IMG/VR virus record: IMGVR_UViG_3300017917_001342 | Span: 1 to 64,000 of that record | Length of the DNA: 64,000 nucleotides | Strand: one strand, 5' to 3' | The notes under the pieces: model-generated | Database searches by the model: none | Seen by the model: only the letters and a program-made list of their open reading frames with translations | What the model was told of the DNA's origin: nothing | Part shown: in pieces, positions 1-10,538 of the stretch | Numbering within the stretch: position 1 is the first letter of the stretch | Layout of the letters: every line of letters starts with the position of its first letter | Made by a program: the position numbers and the translations under genes

Positions 1-1
1 A

Positions 2-3000
2 AACCAAAGTGTTCAGTTCAACGACAATGGCCTGTTTGGTGGACAAACTAACTTTATCTATGACAAAACTAATATTCGTCTTGGTATTGGTACTACAAAC
101 TTAACTAATAGTCTAATGGTGTTTTCTGCGACACCTGCATGGTTTAACACCACCAATGGCGCAGATCAACAGATCATCATCGGTAACAGCACTTCGACCG
201 GTACTGTAATTGGTTTCAATAGCAGTAGTGGTAGTGGTCTCAACACCAATGGTTACATCAGTGCCATCGGTGCAGCAGCAAGAAACATTTCTATTACCAG
301 AACTGGTACAGGTATTGGCGGTGTTACACTGCCGCAGAACACACTGGAAATTGGTGGTACTACTATCATAGGTGGTACTTATAGCGGTAATACCAACTTT
401 ATCAACCCACCTGCAAACGGGTTGTCTGTACAGGGATCAGTTGGTATTGGTACATTTACACCGATCAGTACACTCGATGTTCGCGGGGGCGGTGCATTTA
501 CCGGTGCAGTTAACATTGGCGGTACTGCTACTGTAAACGCATTAACTAGTAACGGTGCAGTGAGTGGCACTACGGGTACATTTACCAGTGCTCTATATGG
601 CAGTAGCTTCAACACTGCTGGCACTGCTACAGTAGCATCTCTAGTAAGTAACGGCGCAGTTAGTGGTACTAGTGGTACATTTACTGGTGCGCTGTACGGA
701 GCCAGCTTCAACACTGCTGGTACAGCTACAGTGGCATCGTTAGTAAGTAACGGTGCAGTTAGTGGTACTAGTGGTACATTTACTGGTACCCTATATGGCG
801 GTAGTGTTAACAGTGCTGGTGCTGCAATTGTTCAAAGGTTGAATAGCAATACCAACGTTGTTGCAACTAATATTCAATCAACCGGTGCTGCTACAGTTGC
901 TAGCTTAACAAGCAATGGTGCAATTACCGGTACAACTATAACTGGTACCACCGGTACATTTACTTCATTACAAAACAGCGGTACCACTACAACTAACGCA
1001 ATTGTATCAAACGTCTATGGCTTATTTGGTCAAAACGTAACTGTTAACTCAACTAACGCATCAACTAGTTCAACAACTGGTGCGTTGTTGCTTGCTGGTG
1101 GTGCTGGTATTGCAGGTAACCTCAACGTAGGTGGTGCTAATAACCTGTTTACTAACCGAGTTGGTATTGGTACTAGCAGTGTACTTGGTGCTCGTGCTAA
1201 TGTGTTAGCTGTATATGGTAATGCAGATGTATACGGCAATTTAGATCTTGCCAATCCTGCCGGCGGCACTAGTGGTATATACTTTAGTGACGGGTCATAT
1301 CAGACTACGGCTGCTGGTTCATCTACACCATACAGTAACACCAACGTAGCAAGTTACCTAAGTGGGCCTGTTCAAGTTGGCAACCTAACTATCAATAATA
1401 CCACAGCAAGTACCAGTACTCTAACTGGTGCTCTGCTTATGGGCGGCGGTGCAGGTATTCAAGGTGCTGTACATATAGGTGGTTTAATCTATGGTGCAAG
1501 TACATTAAACATAGCAGGTACCGCACAGGTTAACAGTTTAGTAAGCAATGGTGCTGTAAGTGGCACAAGTGGTACATTTACTGGCGCACTATACGGTAGT
1601 AGTTTCAATACTGCTGGTACTGCAACTGTTGCATCGCTAGTAAGCAATGGCGCAATAAGCGGTACTACTATAACTGGGACCGGTGGCACATTTACATCAC
1701 TACAAAATAGTGGTCAAACACTTACTAACTCATTGGTGTCAAACGTATTTGGTCGTTTTGGTCAAAACCTAAGTATTGCATCGACTAACGTTAGTATATC
1801 TACTACAACTGGTGCATTAGTTGTTAGTGGCGGTGTTGGTATTGCAGGTAACGTTTGGACTGGCGGCAACGTTGTTCTAGGTGGCGGTGCAGCAATTAAC
1901 CAGTTCTGGGGTAATAACTTAGACACGGCAGCACAACCTAGTTATTCTTGGATAAACAATACCAGTACCGGTATGTTTATACCTGCTACTAGTACTATTG
2001 GATTTAGTACAGCTAGCACCGAACGAGTACGTATTGATGCAAACGGTAACGTTGCCATTGGTACAACCACTGCTGGTGCACGACTTGTTGCATCGTATCA
2101 ACCAACTGTTCCAACCGCAGCGGCTGGAATACCTGCTGTACTGAACAGTTTTTTCCAGTTTGTTGCAGCAGATGGTAACTCAAACAGATTGGTATTAGAT
2201 ACAGCAGGCGGCGCAGCAGCATCTATTGTTGGCAGAGTATCAGGTGGAACCGCAGCATCACCATCTGCAACACCTTCTGGTGCAATCTTAATAACTATGA
2301 CAACCAGAGGCTACGGTGCAACTAATTGGCTATCAGGTACGATAGGTGCGATAAGTTTAAATGCCGATGCAACATTTACTGATACATCATCACCGACATA
2401 TATAAACTTTTCAACTACTCCAACTAACGCAGTAGCAGCCACCGAACGTATGCGTATAGATCCTGCCGGATTTGTCGGTATAGGTACTACTATTCCTCTT
2501 AGCACTCTTGATGTAAATGGTGTTATATCGGCAAGAACTGCATTTAGCACAGCAGGTAGTGCTACAGTTGCATCACTGGTAAGCAATGGTGCAGTTAGTG
2601 GTACTAGTGGCACATTCACCGGTGCTCTATACGGCGGTAGTTTCAACACTGCTGGTACTGCAACTGTTAATGCGCTAGTAAGCAACGGCGCTGTTAGTGG
2701 CACAAGTGGTACATTCACTGGCGCACTATATGGTGGCAGTTTCAATACTGCTGGCACTGCAACTGTTGCATCATTAGTAAGTAACGGCGCTGTTAGTGGT
2801 ACCAGTGGCACATTTACTGGTGCATTGTACGGAGCCAGCTTCAACACTGCGGGTACAGCTACAGTGGCATCATTGGTAAGCAATGGCGCTGTTAGCGGTA
2901 CTAGTGGTACATTTACCGGTGCACTATATGGTGGTAGTTTTAATACTGCTGGTACTGCAACTGTTGCATCATTAGTAAGCAATGGTGCAATTAGCGGAAC

Positions 3001-6000
3001 TACAATAATTGCCACTGCAATAACTGCAACAAGTATACAAAATAGCGGTCTTGAAAGATCCGCAAATATTGTCAGCAATACTTGGATTCATGCAACACAA
3101 AACCTAACAGTTGCTAGTAGTAATACCAGTACAAGTACTACAACTGGTGCATTTGTATTAAGTGGCGGTGCGGGTATTGCAGGTGCTGTACATATAGGTG
3201 GTTTGATTTATGGTGCAAGTACATTAAATATTGCTGGCGCTGCACAGGTCAACAGTTTGATCAGTAATGGCGCTGTTAGTGGCACAACTGGCACATTTAC
3301 TGGTGCTCTATATGGTAGCAGTTTCAATACTGCCGGTACTGCTACAGTTGCATCATTAGTAAGTAACGGCGCTGTTAGTGGCACAACTGGTACGTTTACT
3401 GGTGCATTGTACGGAGCCAGCTTCAACACTGCTGGTACTGCAACTGTAAACGCATTGGTAAGCAACGGCGCTGTTAGTGGTACAACTGGTACATTTACTG
3501 GTGCTATATATGGCGGCAGTTTTAACACTGCCGGTGCTGCGGTTGTTCAAAGTCTAAACAGTAATACCAACATTGTTGCAACAAATCTTCAGTCAACTGG
3601 ACAAACTACAGTTGCATCATTAGTAAGCAACGGCGCTGTTAGTGGCACAACTGGCACATTCACTGGTGCTCTATATGGTGGCAGTTTCAACACTGCTGGT
3701 ACTGCTACAGTTGCAAGTCTAGTAAGTAATGGCGCTGTTAGTGGAACGACCGGCACATTTACCGGTGCGCTATACGGAGCCAGCTTCAATACTGCTGGTA
3801 CAGCTACAGTAGCATCATTGGTAAGCAACGGTGCAGTAAGTGGTACTACCGGTACGTTTACTAGTGCATTGTACGGCGCAAGCTTCAATACTGCTGGTAC
3901 TGCTACAGTTGCAAGTCTAGTAAGCAACGGCGCAGTTAGTGGTACGACTGGTACATTCACCAGTGCATTGTACGGTGCCAGCTTTAACACCGCAGGCACT
4001 GCTACTGTAAACGCATTGACTAGCAACGGTGCAATCAGTGGCACTACAATAAACGGCACTGCTGGTACATTTACATCATTACAAAGTAGCGGTACAGAAA
4101 CCGTAAATGCACAGATAAGCAACGTTTATGGCTTGTTCGGACAGAACGTAACAGTTAACTCAACTAATGCAAGTACAAGCACTACAAACGGCGCATTTGT
4201 ACTTGCGGGCGGTGCAGGTATTGCAGGTAACGTCAATGCCGGCGGTACTAGAAACCTATACACTGGTGCAATCGGTGTTGGTACAACAACTGCTGCTGGT
4301 ATGATAGCAGGTGCAGGTGTAACCAATGACGTTTATGTTTGGGGTAACGTAAGAATTGCCAACACTGCTACAACCAGTAGCGGTATAGTATTCGCAGATG
4401 GTACTAGACAGACTACTGCTGCTACAGGTTCTGGTTCGGGTACTAGCTTTGGTGCCGCAGGTACTATACAATTTGCGGGTGCTGCTAACGCATTTACTGG
4501 TGACACTGCAAACCTTTTCTGGGATGATACTAACAATAGATTGGGCCTATTAACTACAAACGCACCGGCAAGCACTTTGGATGTACGCGGCGGAGTAGGT
4601 GTAACAGGCGCTTCTAACTTTGGCGCAACTGTCACAGTTTCAAGCCTTGTAAGCAACGGTGCAATCAGCGGTACTACAATATCCGGTACAGGTGCAACTG
4701 TTACTTCACTACAAAACAGCGGTACAGAAACTGTTAACACCCTAATATCAAACGTCTATGGCTTATTTGGTCAAAACGTAACTGTTAACTCAACTAACGC
4801 ATCAACTAGTTCGACAACTGGTGCATTGTTGCTTGCTGGTGGTGCAGGTATTGCAGGTAACATCAATGTAGGTGGCGCAAATAACCTGTTTACTAACAGA
4901 GTTGGTATTGGTACTAGCACTGTACTAGGCGCTCGTGCAAACGTACTAGCTGTATATGGCACCGCAGAGGTCTATGGTAACGTAGAACTCACTAACCCAG
5001 CTGGTGGCACTAGCGGCATTTACTTTGCCGACGGTACATATCAAACCACTGCGGCAGGTCAAGGTATTGTCAGACAGACATTTACTGCTACCGCAGGACA
5101 AACTACATTTACTGTGTCGTATGTACCAGGCGCTATAGACGTTTACCAAAACGGTAGTAAATTAAACGTAGGCACTGATGTAACTGCAACCAATGGTACA
5201 AGTATAGTATTGGCGATTTCAGCTGACGCAGGCGATACCATTGAAACCGTAACAAACACACTGTTTAACGTTGCTAACGCAATACCGTTAACTGGTGGTA
5301 CAATTAGTGGTCAATTGTCATTGACAGCAGGTACAGAATCTACTACAACAACTACTGGTACCATGGTAGTAACTGGTGGTGTTGGTATAAGTGGTAGACT
5401 TAACGTTGGTGGTACTACAAACACGTTTGCAGGCAAAGTTGGTATAGGTACTACAAACGTAGTGTACGATCTTGATATAGGTACTAACCAAAATGCTGCT
5501 ACAGTTCTTAGAGTTATTAACCAAAACTCTGGACCAAGCGCAGCAGCAGTATTACAATTGGCAGCAGGTTCAACTCCTGGTGGTGTTAACTGGACTTGTT
5601 TACCAACATATAACCAATTAGTTGGTGCTAATGGTGTAACTAGCAACTTCTTTGATTTTGATACACAAGTATGGAGAACTAATGCAGGCGTTGAACGTAT
5701 GCGTCTTGCATCAAACGGCAACGTTGGTATAGGATCAACTAGCCCTGCTGATTTCTTCCAAGTATACGGAGGTAATATATCTGTTGGTGACGTAAACGCT
5801 AACGTTACAGTTATATCACCTAGTTATATCACATTTACAACAGTTGGTAACTTACCTGTTACACCGCCGGCAGGTGATTTACAAGTATTCTCTAAAAACG
5901 TTGGCACTAGAGCAATGCTTAGCCAGCAAGGTCCTAGTGGTATTGACACTTCGATACAGCCGTTGCTCGGTAGAAACCGTGTATATCAATGGGCAGCACC

Positions 6001-6694
6001 TGGTCTCAACACCACAACTGCACCAGTTACATCATTAGGTGCTACTGCATTTACTGCTGTTGGTACTGCAACTGCAAGAGCATTTGCTACTACTAACATA
6101 CTAACTAGAGCTACTCGTGTTGGTTATGTCAGTGTAGCAACTGTAGGCGGCCTTGCATCTCTGAGAGTTGCAACCGCATGGTTAACAACTGGTACTGGTA
6201 CTGGTTTAGGCGGCTTCTTCTTTATATGCCGTTTTGGTGTAAGTGATGCTGCTACAGTTGCTGGCGCTAGAATGTTTGTAGGACTAAGTTCTAACACTGC
6301 TGCTGCAACCAACGTAGATCCTGCTGCACAGCTTAACCAGCTAGGTATTGCACAATTGTCAACTGACGCAACACAATGGTATTTTGTCTACGGCGGATCT
6401 GTTGCACAGACTGCTATAGCATTGGGTACCACATTGGGCGCACCAACTAATACTGCTACACTATGGGACTTGGCATTGTTCTCTTCACCGGGTGCGAACG
6501 GTGTTATAGGTTACACCGTAACCAACGTTGGTACAGGTGTAAGTGTAACTGGTAGTATAACACCTGGTACACCCGGTACACAAACACCAGCTAACACAAC
6601 TGCATTGACATTCCAAATGTGGCGAACTAACAACGCAACTGCACTAGCAGTGGGTATGGACTTTGCAAGTCTATATATTGAAACAGATGATTAA
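2..6694 (+). CDS. Giant Gly/Thr/Ala-rich tail fibre protein, 5'-truncated by window edge
   Basis: Frame is open from nt 2 (NQSVQFNDNGLFGG...), so the true start is upstream of the window; GIGTT, ERMRI..GNVGIG fibre motifs; many 33-aa repeats. Confidence 0.85.
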   Translation, partial: NQSVQFNDNGLFGGQTNFIYDKTNIRLGIGTTNLTNSLMVFSATPAWFNTTNGADQQIIIGNSTSTGTVIGFNSSSGSGLNTNGYISAIGAAARNISITRTGTGIGGVTLPQNTLEIGGTTIIGGTYSGNTNFINPPANGLSVQGSVGIGTFTPISTLDVRGGGAFTGAVNIGGTATVNALTSNGAVSGTTGTFTSALYGSSFNTAGTATVASLVSNGAVSGTSGTFTGALYGASFNTAGTATVASLVSNGAVSGTSGTFTGTLYGGSVNSAGAAIVQRLNSNTNVVATNIQSTGAATVASLTSNGAITGTTITGTTGTFTSLQNSGTTTTNAIVSNVYGLFGQNVTVNSTNASTSSTTGALLLAGGAGIAGNLNVGGANNLFTNRVGIGTSSVLGARANVLAVYGNADVYGNLDLANPAGGTSGIYFSDGSYQTTAAGSSTPYSNTNVASYLSGPVQVGNLTINNTTASTSTLTGALLMGGGAGIQGAVHIGGLIYGASTLNIAGTAQVNSLVSNGAVSGTSGTFTGALYGSSFNTAGTATVASLVSNGAISGTTITGTGGTFTSLQNSGQTLTNSLVSNVFGRFGQNLSIASTNVSISTTTGALVVSGGVGIAGNVWTGGNVVLGGGAAINQFWGNNLDTAAQPSYSWINNTSTGMFIPATSTIGFSTASTERVRIDANGNVAIGTTTAGARLVASYQPTVPTAAAGIPAVLNSFFQFVAADGNSNRLVLDTAGGAAASIVGRVSGGTAASPSATPSGAILITMTTRGYGATNWLSGTIGAISLNADATFTDTSSPTYINFSTTPTNAVAATERMRIDPAGFVGIGTTIPLSTLDVNGVISARTAFSTAGSATVASLVSNGAVSGTSGTFTGALYGGSFNTAGTATVNALVSNGAVSGTSGTFTGALYGGSFNTAGTATVASLVSNGAVSGTSGTFTGALYGASFNTAGTATVASLVSNGAVSGTSGTFTGALYGGSFNTAGTATVASLVSNGAISGTTIIATAITATSIQNSGLERSANIVSNTWIHATQNLTVASSNTSTSTTTGAFVLSGGAGIAGAVHIGGLIYGASTLNIAGAAQVNSLISNGAVSGTTGTFTGALYGSSFNTAGTATVASLVSNGAVSGTTGTFTGALYGASFNTAGTATVNALVSNGAVSGTTGTFTGAIYGGSFNTAGAAVVQSLNSNTNIVATNLQSTGQTTVASLVSNGAVSGTTGTFTGALYGGSFNTAGTATVASLVSNGAVSGTTGTFTGALYGASFNTAGTATVASLVSNGAVSGTTGTFTSALYGASFNTAGTATVASLVSNGAVSGTTGTFTSALYGASFNTAGTATVNALTSNGAISGTTINGTAGTFTSLQSSGTETVNAQISNVYGLFGQNVTVNSTNASTSTTNGAFVLAGGAGIAGNVNAGGTRNLYTGAIGVGTTTAAGMIAGAGVTNDVYVWGNVRIANTATTSSGIVFADGTRQTTAATGSGSGTSFGAAGTIQFAGAANAFTGDTANLFWDDTNNRLGLLTTNAPASTLDVRGGVGVTGASNFGATVTVSSLVSNGAISGTTISGTGATVTSLQNSGTETVNTLISNVYGLFGQNVTVNSTNASTSSTTGALLLAGGAGIAGNINVGGANNLFTNRVGIGTSTVLGARANVLAVYGTAEVYGNVELTNPAGGTSGIYFADGTYQTTAAGQGIVRQTFTATAGQTTFTVSYVPGAIDVYQNGSKLNVGTDVTATNGTSIVLAISADAGDTIETVTNTLFNVANAIPLTGGTISGQLSLTAGTESTTTTTGTMVVTGGVGISGRLNVGGTTNTFAGKVGIGTTNVVYDLDIGTNQNAATVLRVINQNSGPSAAAVLQLAAGSTPGGVNWTCLPTYNQLVGANGVTSNFFDFDTQVWRTNAGVERMRLASNGNVGIGSTSPADFFQVYGGNISVGDVNANVTVISPSYITFTTVGNLPVTPPAGDLQVFSKNVGTRAMLSQQGPSGIDTSIQPLLGRNRVYQWAAPGLNTTTAPVTSLGATAFTAVGTATARAFATTNILTRATRVGYVSVATVGGLASLRVATAWLTTGTGTGLGGFFFICRFGVSDAATVAGARMFVGLSSNTAAATNVDPAAQLNQLGIAQLSTDATQWYFVYGGSVAQTAIALGTTLGAPTNTATLWDLALFSSPGANGVIGYTVTNVGTGVSVTGSITPGTPGTQTPANTTALTFQMWRTNNATALAVGMDFASLYIETDD
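500..4060 (+). repeat. 99-bp (33-aa) coding repeats FNTAGTATVASLVSNGAVSGT(S/T)GTFTGALYG(A/G/S)S in several tandem blocks
   Basis: e.g. TTCAACACTGCTGG at 608 and 707 (99 nt apart); copies differ mainly at synonymous sites. Confidence 0.9.
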
Positions 6695-6706
6695 TAGGAA
6701 TACACA

Positions 6707-7639
6707 ATGACCAACGCAGCAACACTCTCTAGAGTACCGCAGTATCTATATCCAAACCCAACCAATGGTAACATCCTTATAGGATCAATTGGTGCTGCAC
6801 CTGCACCATTAGGCGGATCATCTACTGTAGTTGTTAGAGGTATAGGAACCAATCCAGGAGGTGTCCAGGTTCATAACTCTGGATCAGGAGGCGGCCTTAT
6901 ATCTGGAATAACCGGTTCGACCGCAGGTATGGCATTTAGCGTATATTCTGGTGCAATTGGTGCAGAAACCTATACTGAGGAAATGAGAATTACTTCAAAC
7001 GGTAATCTTCTACTCAATACAACTGCAACACCAGTTGGTGGGGGTGCCACTATTGTTGTAGGAAGTTTTGGTACAAACCCAGGTGGTATTGAGTTAGTAG
7101 GAGCCAGTAACAACGGCGGGGGTCTTGTATTGCCTGTAGCTGCCGGTGGTATTCAGTTCTACACATTTACTGGTGCAGCCGGTGCTGAAACATATAGCAG
7201 TGCATTGATGACGTTAACTAAACCTGGTACTAACGCTACAGGTAACCTAGCAATATCCGGCAACGTTACTGCAACATTGGAAATTACTGCATACTTCTCA
7301 GATATGAGATTAAAAGACAATGTGAGACCAATTACCAATGCAATGGACAAAGTTGCTGCAATCAACGGTGTTTACTATAATCCAAACCAAATAGCAGAAG
7401 AATTACTACAAGAAAGTCGCACTTCTACTAAAGTTGGGTTGATTGCACAAGAAGTTGAAGCAGTTATGCCACAGGTTATACGTGCTGCACCGTTTGATAT
7501 AAATCCAGATGGTACTAGTAAAAGCGGTGAGAATTACAAAACTGTACAGTATGAAAAGCTAGTACCACTGCTAGTAGAAGCTATTAAAGAACTTGACGCT
7601 AGAGTTGCAAAACTAGAAGCTAATCAACAACCGTCATGA
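6707..7639 (+). CDS. Tail fibre protein with C-terminal intramolecular chaperone (peptidase S74) domain
   Basis: SDMRLKDNV...GLIAQEVE...YEKLVPLLVEAIKEL signature; AGGA RBS. Confidence 0.85.
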   Translation: MTNAATLSRVPQYLYPNPTNGNILIGSIGAAPAPLGGSSTVVVRGIGTNPGGVQVHNSGSGGGLISGITGSTAGMAFSVYSGAIGAETYTEEMRITSNGNLLLNTTATPVGGGATIVVGSFGTNPGGIELVGASNNGGGLVLPVAAGGIQFYTFTGAAGAETYSSALMTLTKPGTNATGNLAISGNVTATLEITAYFSDMRLKDNVRPITNAMDKVAAINGVYYNPNQIAEELLQESRTSTKVGLIAQEVEAVMPQVIRAAPFDINPDGTSKSGENYKTVQYEKLVPLLVEAIKELDARVAKLEANQQPS

Positions 7640-8065
7640 TAAAGTTTGCATGTCGTCAAATGACGGCATAGCACCATTCCAACTCAACATCCATAGCATA
7701 GTATCTTGATCTGTTAATGGCATGCAATATACGCCATTGTTGTCATGCCATAACATAAATCGATCTGTAAAATTATGTTCACACCAATACTCTAACGGCC
7801 CAAAATACGCAAAGAATAACCATTCTTTTACAGCTAGATATTTTTTAGCTCTAGCCGAGTTAATCACATCTGTATCTTTACATTGATCTAATAGTGCTTG
7901 CCAACTGATATGATATGGTCTACGTGTACCACCGTCGCCCATTAGGTTACGCTGTGTAGAATCAACAATTGGACCAGGGCTATGAATAGATCGATACACA
8001 GCCCTGGCACTGATTTCTTTTGCCCATTTGCGGACAAAATACTGTTTGAACAGATTAAACAGCAT
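7634..8065 (-). CDS. Hypothetical; divergent member of FxLxW microprotein family
   Basis: EYWCEHNF ... DQDTMLWMLSW. Confidence 0.6.
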   Translation of the reverse strand: MLFNLFKQYFVRKWAKEISARAVYRSIHSPGPIVDSTQRNLMGDGGTRRPYHISWQALLDQCKDTDVINSARAKKYLAVKEWLFFAYFGPLEYWCEHNFTDRFMLWHDNNGVYCMPLTDQDTMLWMLSWNGAMPSFDDMQTLS

Positions 8066-8942
8066 ACTTGTCGAGCACCGAACGAATATCTCGAACCATT
8101 GCTTCTACATTGACGTCGAGACTAACTGCGGCAGTGAGATTACCGTAGTGTTGCTCGAGGCAATTAAGCAGTAGTCGTTTGATTCGATCCTCATCTGGAC
8201 TGTGAGGCAGTGTGCTAGCAGCATAGGTTGCTTCTAGTGTACGCTCTTTTGTTTCAAAGTAGGTTTCTACTTGATCGATAGTCCATTCACCTCGACGGAT
8301 CTCTTTAAGCTGTTCTCGATTGCGTTGCAGATCAAGATCACCTTCAACAAGAATCTGTTCAACTTCGTTCAACAGTCGCACAATGTGATATGCAAACTTG
8401 AGATCGTAACCGTGTTCAGCAATGCTGGCTGCACGTTTTTCATTGTTGGCATTGACCTTGTTACGGATCTTTGCCATCTGTGCATAGGCATAGCCTTTGA
8501 ACTTGTGCCACGAACCTTTGTGCAAAAACAGTTTGCGATTTTCTCGAACAATTTCACTTACTGCGGTGCTGTGGATCACACAGTTGCGAGGAGTGAACAA
8601 GCTGTCAATCATGTTTGGGTTGTTTTCCATGCACAATTGAAAATACTTGACAATGCTAAACACAGCAAAGTCGTATTCAACCTTCTTGTTGGGATCAGAT
8701 ACGTGGTGTTCTTGCCACTGTTCGAATCGTTGAATTTGTCGACCAAAGCCAGGGATTTCACCTGCAAGGTGAGGAAACACAAGATCCTTCGGCGGGATAC
8801 AGAACCCGTAAACATCGAGGTCACTGTCGTCGCTGCTGACACCATAGGCCTGACTACCCATGATAGTCATATAGCTGACATTGTCCATGAGCCATTTAGG
8901 CGGATGGATTAGATTTTGTTTGTAAAGATTATTGAGCAACAT
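8055..8942 (-). CDS. Pol-beta-superfamily nucleotidyltransferase (RlaP/YcgL-like)
   Basis: GSQAYG...SDLDVYG motif, NPN motif, helical C-terminus; GAGG RBS. Confidence 0.85.
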   Translation of the reverse strand: MLLNNLYKQNLIHPPKWLMDNVSYMTIMGSQAYGVSSDDSDLDVYGFCIPPKDLVFPHLAGEIPGFGRQIQRFEQWQEHHVSDPNKKVEYDFAVFSIVKYFQLCMENNPNMIDSLFTPRNCVIHSTAVSEIVRENRKLFLHKGSWHKFKGYAYAQMAKIRNKVNANNEKRAASIAEHGYDLKFAYHIVRLLNEVEQILVEGDLDLQRNREQLKEIRRGEWTIDQVETYFETKERTLEATYAASTLPHSPDEDRIKRLLLNCLEQHYGNLTAAVSLDVNVEAMVRDIRSVLDKYAV

Positions 8943-8970
8943 GTCGTCACCTCACAGTTGAGCATGGCAT

Positions 8971-8998
8971 ACAATAACATAAACTGCTGTGTTGTCAA
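8971..8998 (-). promoter_or_regulatory. Early sigma70-type promoter
   Basis: TTGACA-16-TATTGT with TG extension. Confidence 0.6.
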
Positions 8999-9012
8999 TA
9001 GACAAATGCAGT

Positions 9013-9780
9013 TTACTTCAAACTGTTTGCAATTTGTGTTGCAACTGTTTTAGCAGTGTTGATACCAGGATGTGTCAAATCTCTTGCGTAATCATCTACA
9101 GTGATATAATCACACTGCAACATATTAGCAGTTTCTAAAAAGAACGACGCTTCATAGTATCTAGTTTTAGATTTACACAACAGTTTTGATAACAGTGCAT
9201 TAAAAAACATATGTGTGTTAGGGTTTTCCGGATATGATATCCAAGATCTATAGAATTCGGTGCTGATTGTGTCAATATGTCCGTGTTGAGCAGCAGTGTG
9301 GATTTTAACAACATCTGCTGTATACAACTCCATTCTGGCTAGTGCAGTCCATAACTGCACTATAGCATAGGGAGTAGGTAAATTGTTGCATAACATAGCA
9401 CTGTTATAAGAACTAAATGCAATACTGGTACCGGATACTCCTAGATTTACAACTGGACGATCTAACAATCTACTCAGTACACCTGATATAGTATCAGCTT
9501 CTGCAAGTCCTTCGCCTACTACATTTGAACATCCAAATATCACAACCGATTCTTGCCAGTTTATATCATTCCATTCACTGGTTCTATACCCTTGACTGTT
9601 GAATTTGTATTCAATTGATTTGTCAAAATAGATCCAACTTTGTTCATTGCTTCTAAATTTTTTAGAATTTTCTAAAAAACGTTCTTCTGAATCCATAGAA
9701 TAAAAGTTGAAATGTCTATTTGCCCAGTCTGTTGTTATCAACGGACCGGACAATACTGGTTTACTTAAATTTAATGTCAT
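9013..9780 (-). CDS. SGNH/GDSL hydrolase-like protein
   Basis: FGCS, NLGVSG, DxxHP (RDLTHPG) blocks. Confidence 0.6.
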   Translation of the reverse strand: MTLNLSKPVLSGPLITTDWANRHFNFYSMDSEERFLENSKKFRSNEQSWIYFDKSIEYKFNSQGYRTSEWNDINWQESVVIFGCSNVVGEGLAEADTISGVLSRLLDRPVVNLGVSGTSIAFSSYNSAMLCNNLPTPYAIVQLWTALARMELYTADVVKIHTAAQHGHIDTISTEFYRSWISYPENPNTHMFFNALLSKLLCKSKTRYYEASFFLETANMLQCDYITVDDYARDLTHPGINTAKTVATQIANSLK

Positions 9781-10166
9781 TCAACAATTCCGCCGTTGCG
9801 GCGGACTTCCTCAACAAATGTGTTGATTGCATCTTCGTTGTAGTTAGCTGTGTTGATACGCTGTGGTCCGTTGTCTCGCACACGGTCACAGAAATCTTTG
9901 GCTTCTTTAAGACCCCAACCGGTAAGCATGCGAACTGACTTAATGACATTAATAAAGTTGGGACCAGTTTCAGATACAACAATTTCATCGGTGTTTACCA
10001 GCATACCGAACATGATATCACCCGCAGCACGATCGCCTAGTGATTCACGAACTCGATCCCAGATGGCCATGCCTTGAGTATGACCATAGGTTTCACACAA
10101 GCTACGAATAAACGCACGGCAAGTCCGCACAACTGTCATGTTAGGTTTGTATTCGATCTCGTTCAT
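9777..10166 (-). CDS. Protein with ribosomal L7/L12 C-terminal-like domain
   Basis: INVIKSVRMLTGWGLKEAKDFCD matches the bL12 CTD signature; GGAG RBS. Confidence 0.7.
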   Translation of the reverse strand: MNEIEYKPNMTVVRTCRAFIRSLCETYGHTQGMAIWDRVRESLGDRAAGDIMFGMLVNTDEIVVSETGPNFINVIKSVRMLTGWGLKEAKDFCDRVRDNGPQRINTANYNEDAINTFVEEVRRNGGIVE

Positions 10167-10416
10167 AATTAACTCCTTTGGCCCACACTAACCTGAACAT
10201 AACACATTCGGATTCGCTAGTAAACCAGTATTTGTCGAACATTCTGTACCAGTTTTCTTCGCCTAGTACTTCATTACACCATTGTTCTATTTCAGTATGA
10301 TTATCAACAGTGTGCTTTTGACTCCAAAACAGTTTGTCAAGTTCTATTCGCGGATCATAGTTATGCCAACTGTTTCGCAATTTATATACTAAAGATTTTG
10401 GTGTCTGTGTGCTCAT
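10141..10416 (-). CDS. FxLxW-family microprotein (dispersed copy)
   Basis: IEQWCNEVLG...YWFTSESECVMFRLVW; ATG at 10416 preferred over TTG at 10515. Confidence 0.7.
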   Translation of the reverse strand: MSTQTPKSLVYKLRNSWHNYDPRIELDKLFWSQKHTVDNHTEIEQWCNEVLGEENWYRMFDKYWFTSESECVMFRLVWAKGVNYERDRIQT

Positions 10417-10538
10417 GCTAAGTATGTCATAAAGGAGTTTAGTTATGATGATTGGAATGATCGAATTTGTAGCTGACACAATAGTCGAATATATGATACA
10501 GCGTGAATCGCGCAAGCAAAATAAAACATCATTGCCTG

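Noticed and set aside
500-4060. Repeats as a CRISPR array
   Set aside because: In-frame coding repeats with synonymous variation and no unique spacers; no cas genes
379-6312. Many minus-strand ORFs inside the tail fibre gene
   Set aside because: Antisense shadows of Gly/Thr/Ala codon repeats; no RBS or independent motifs
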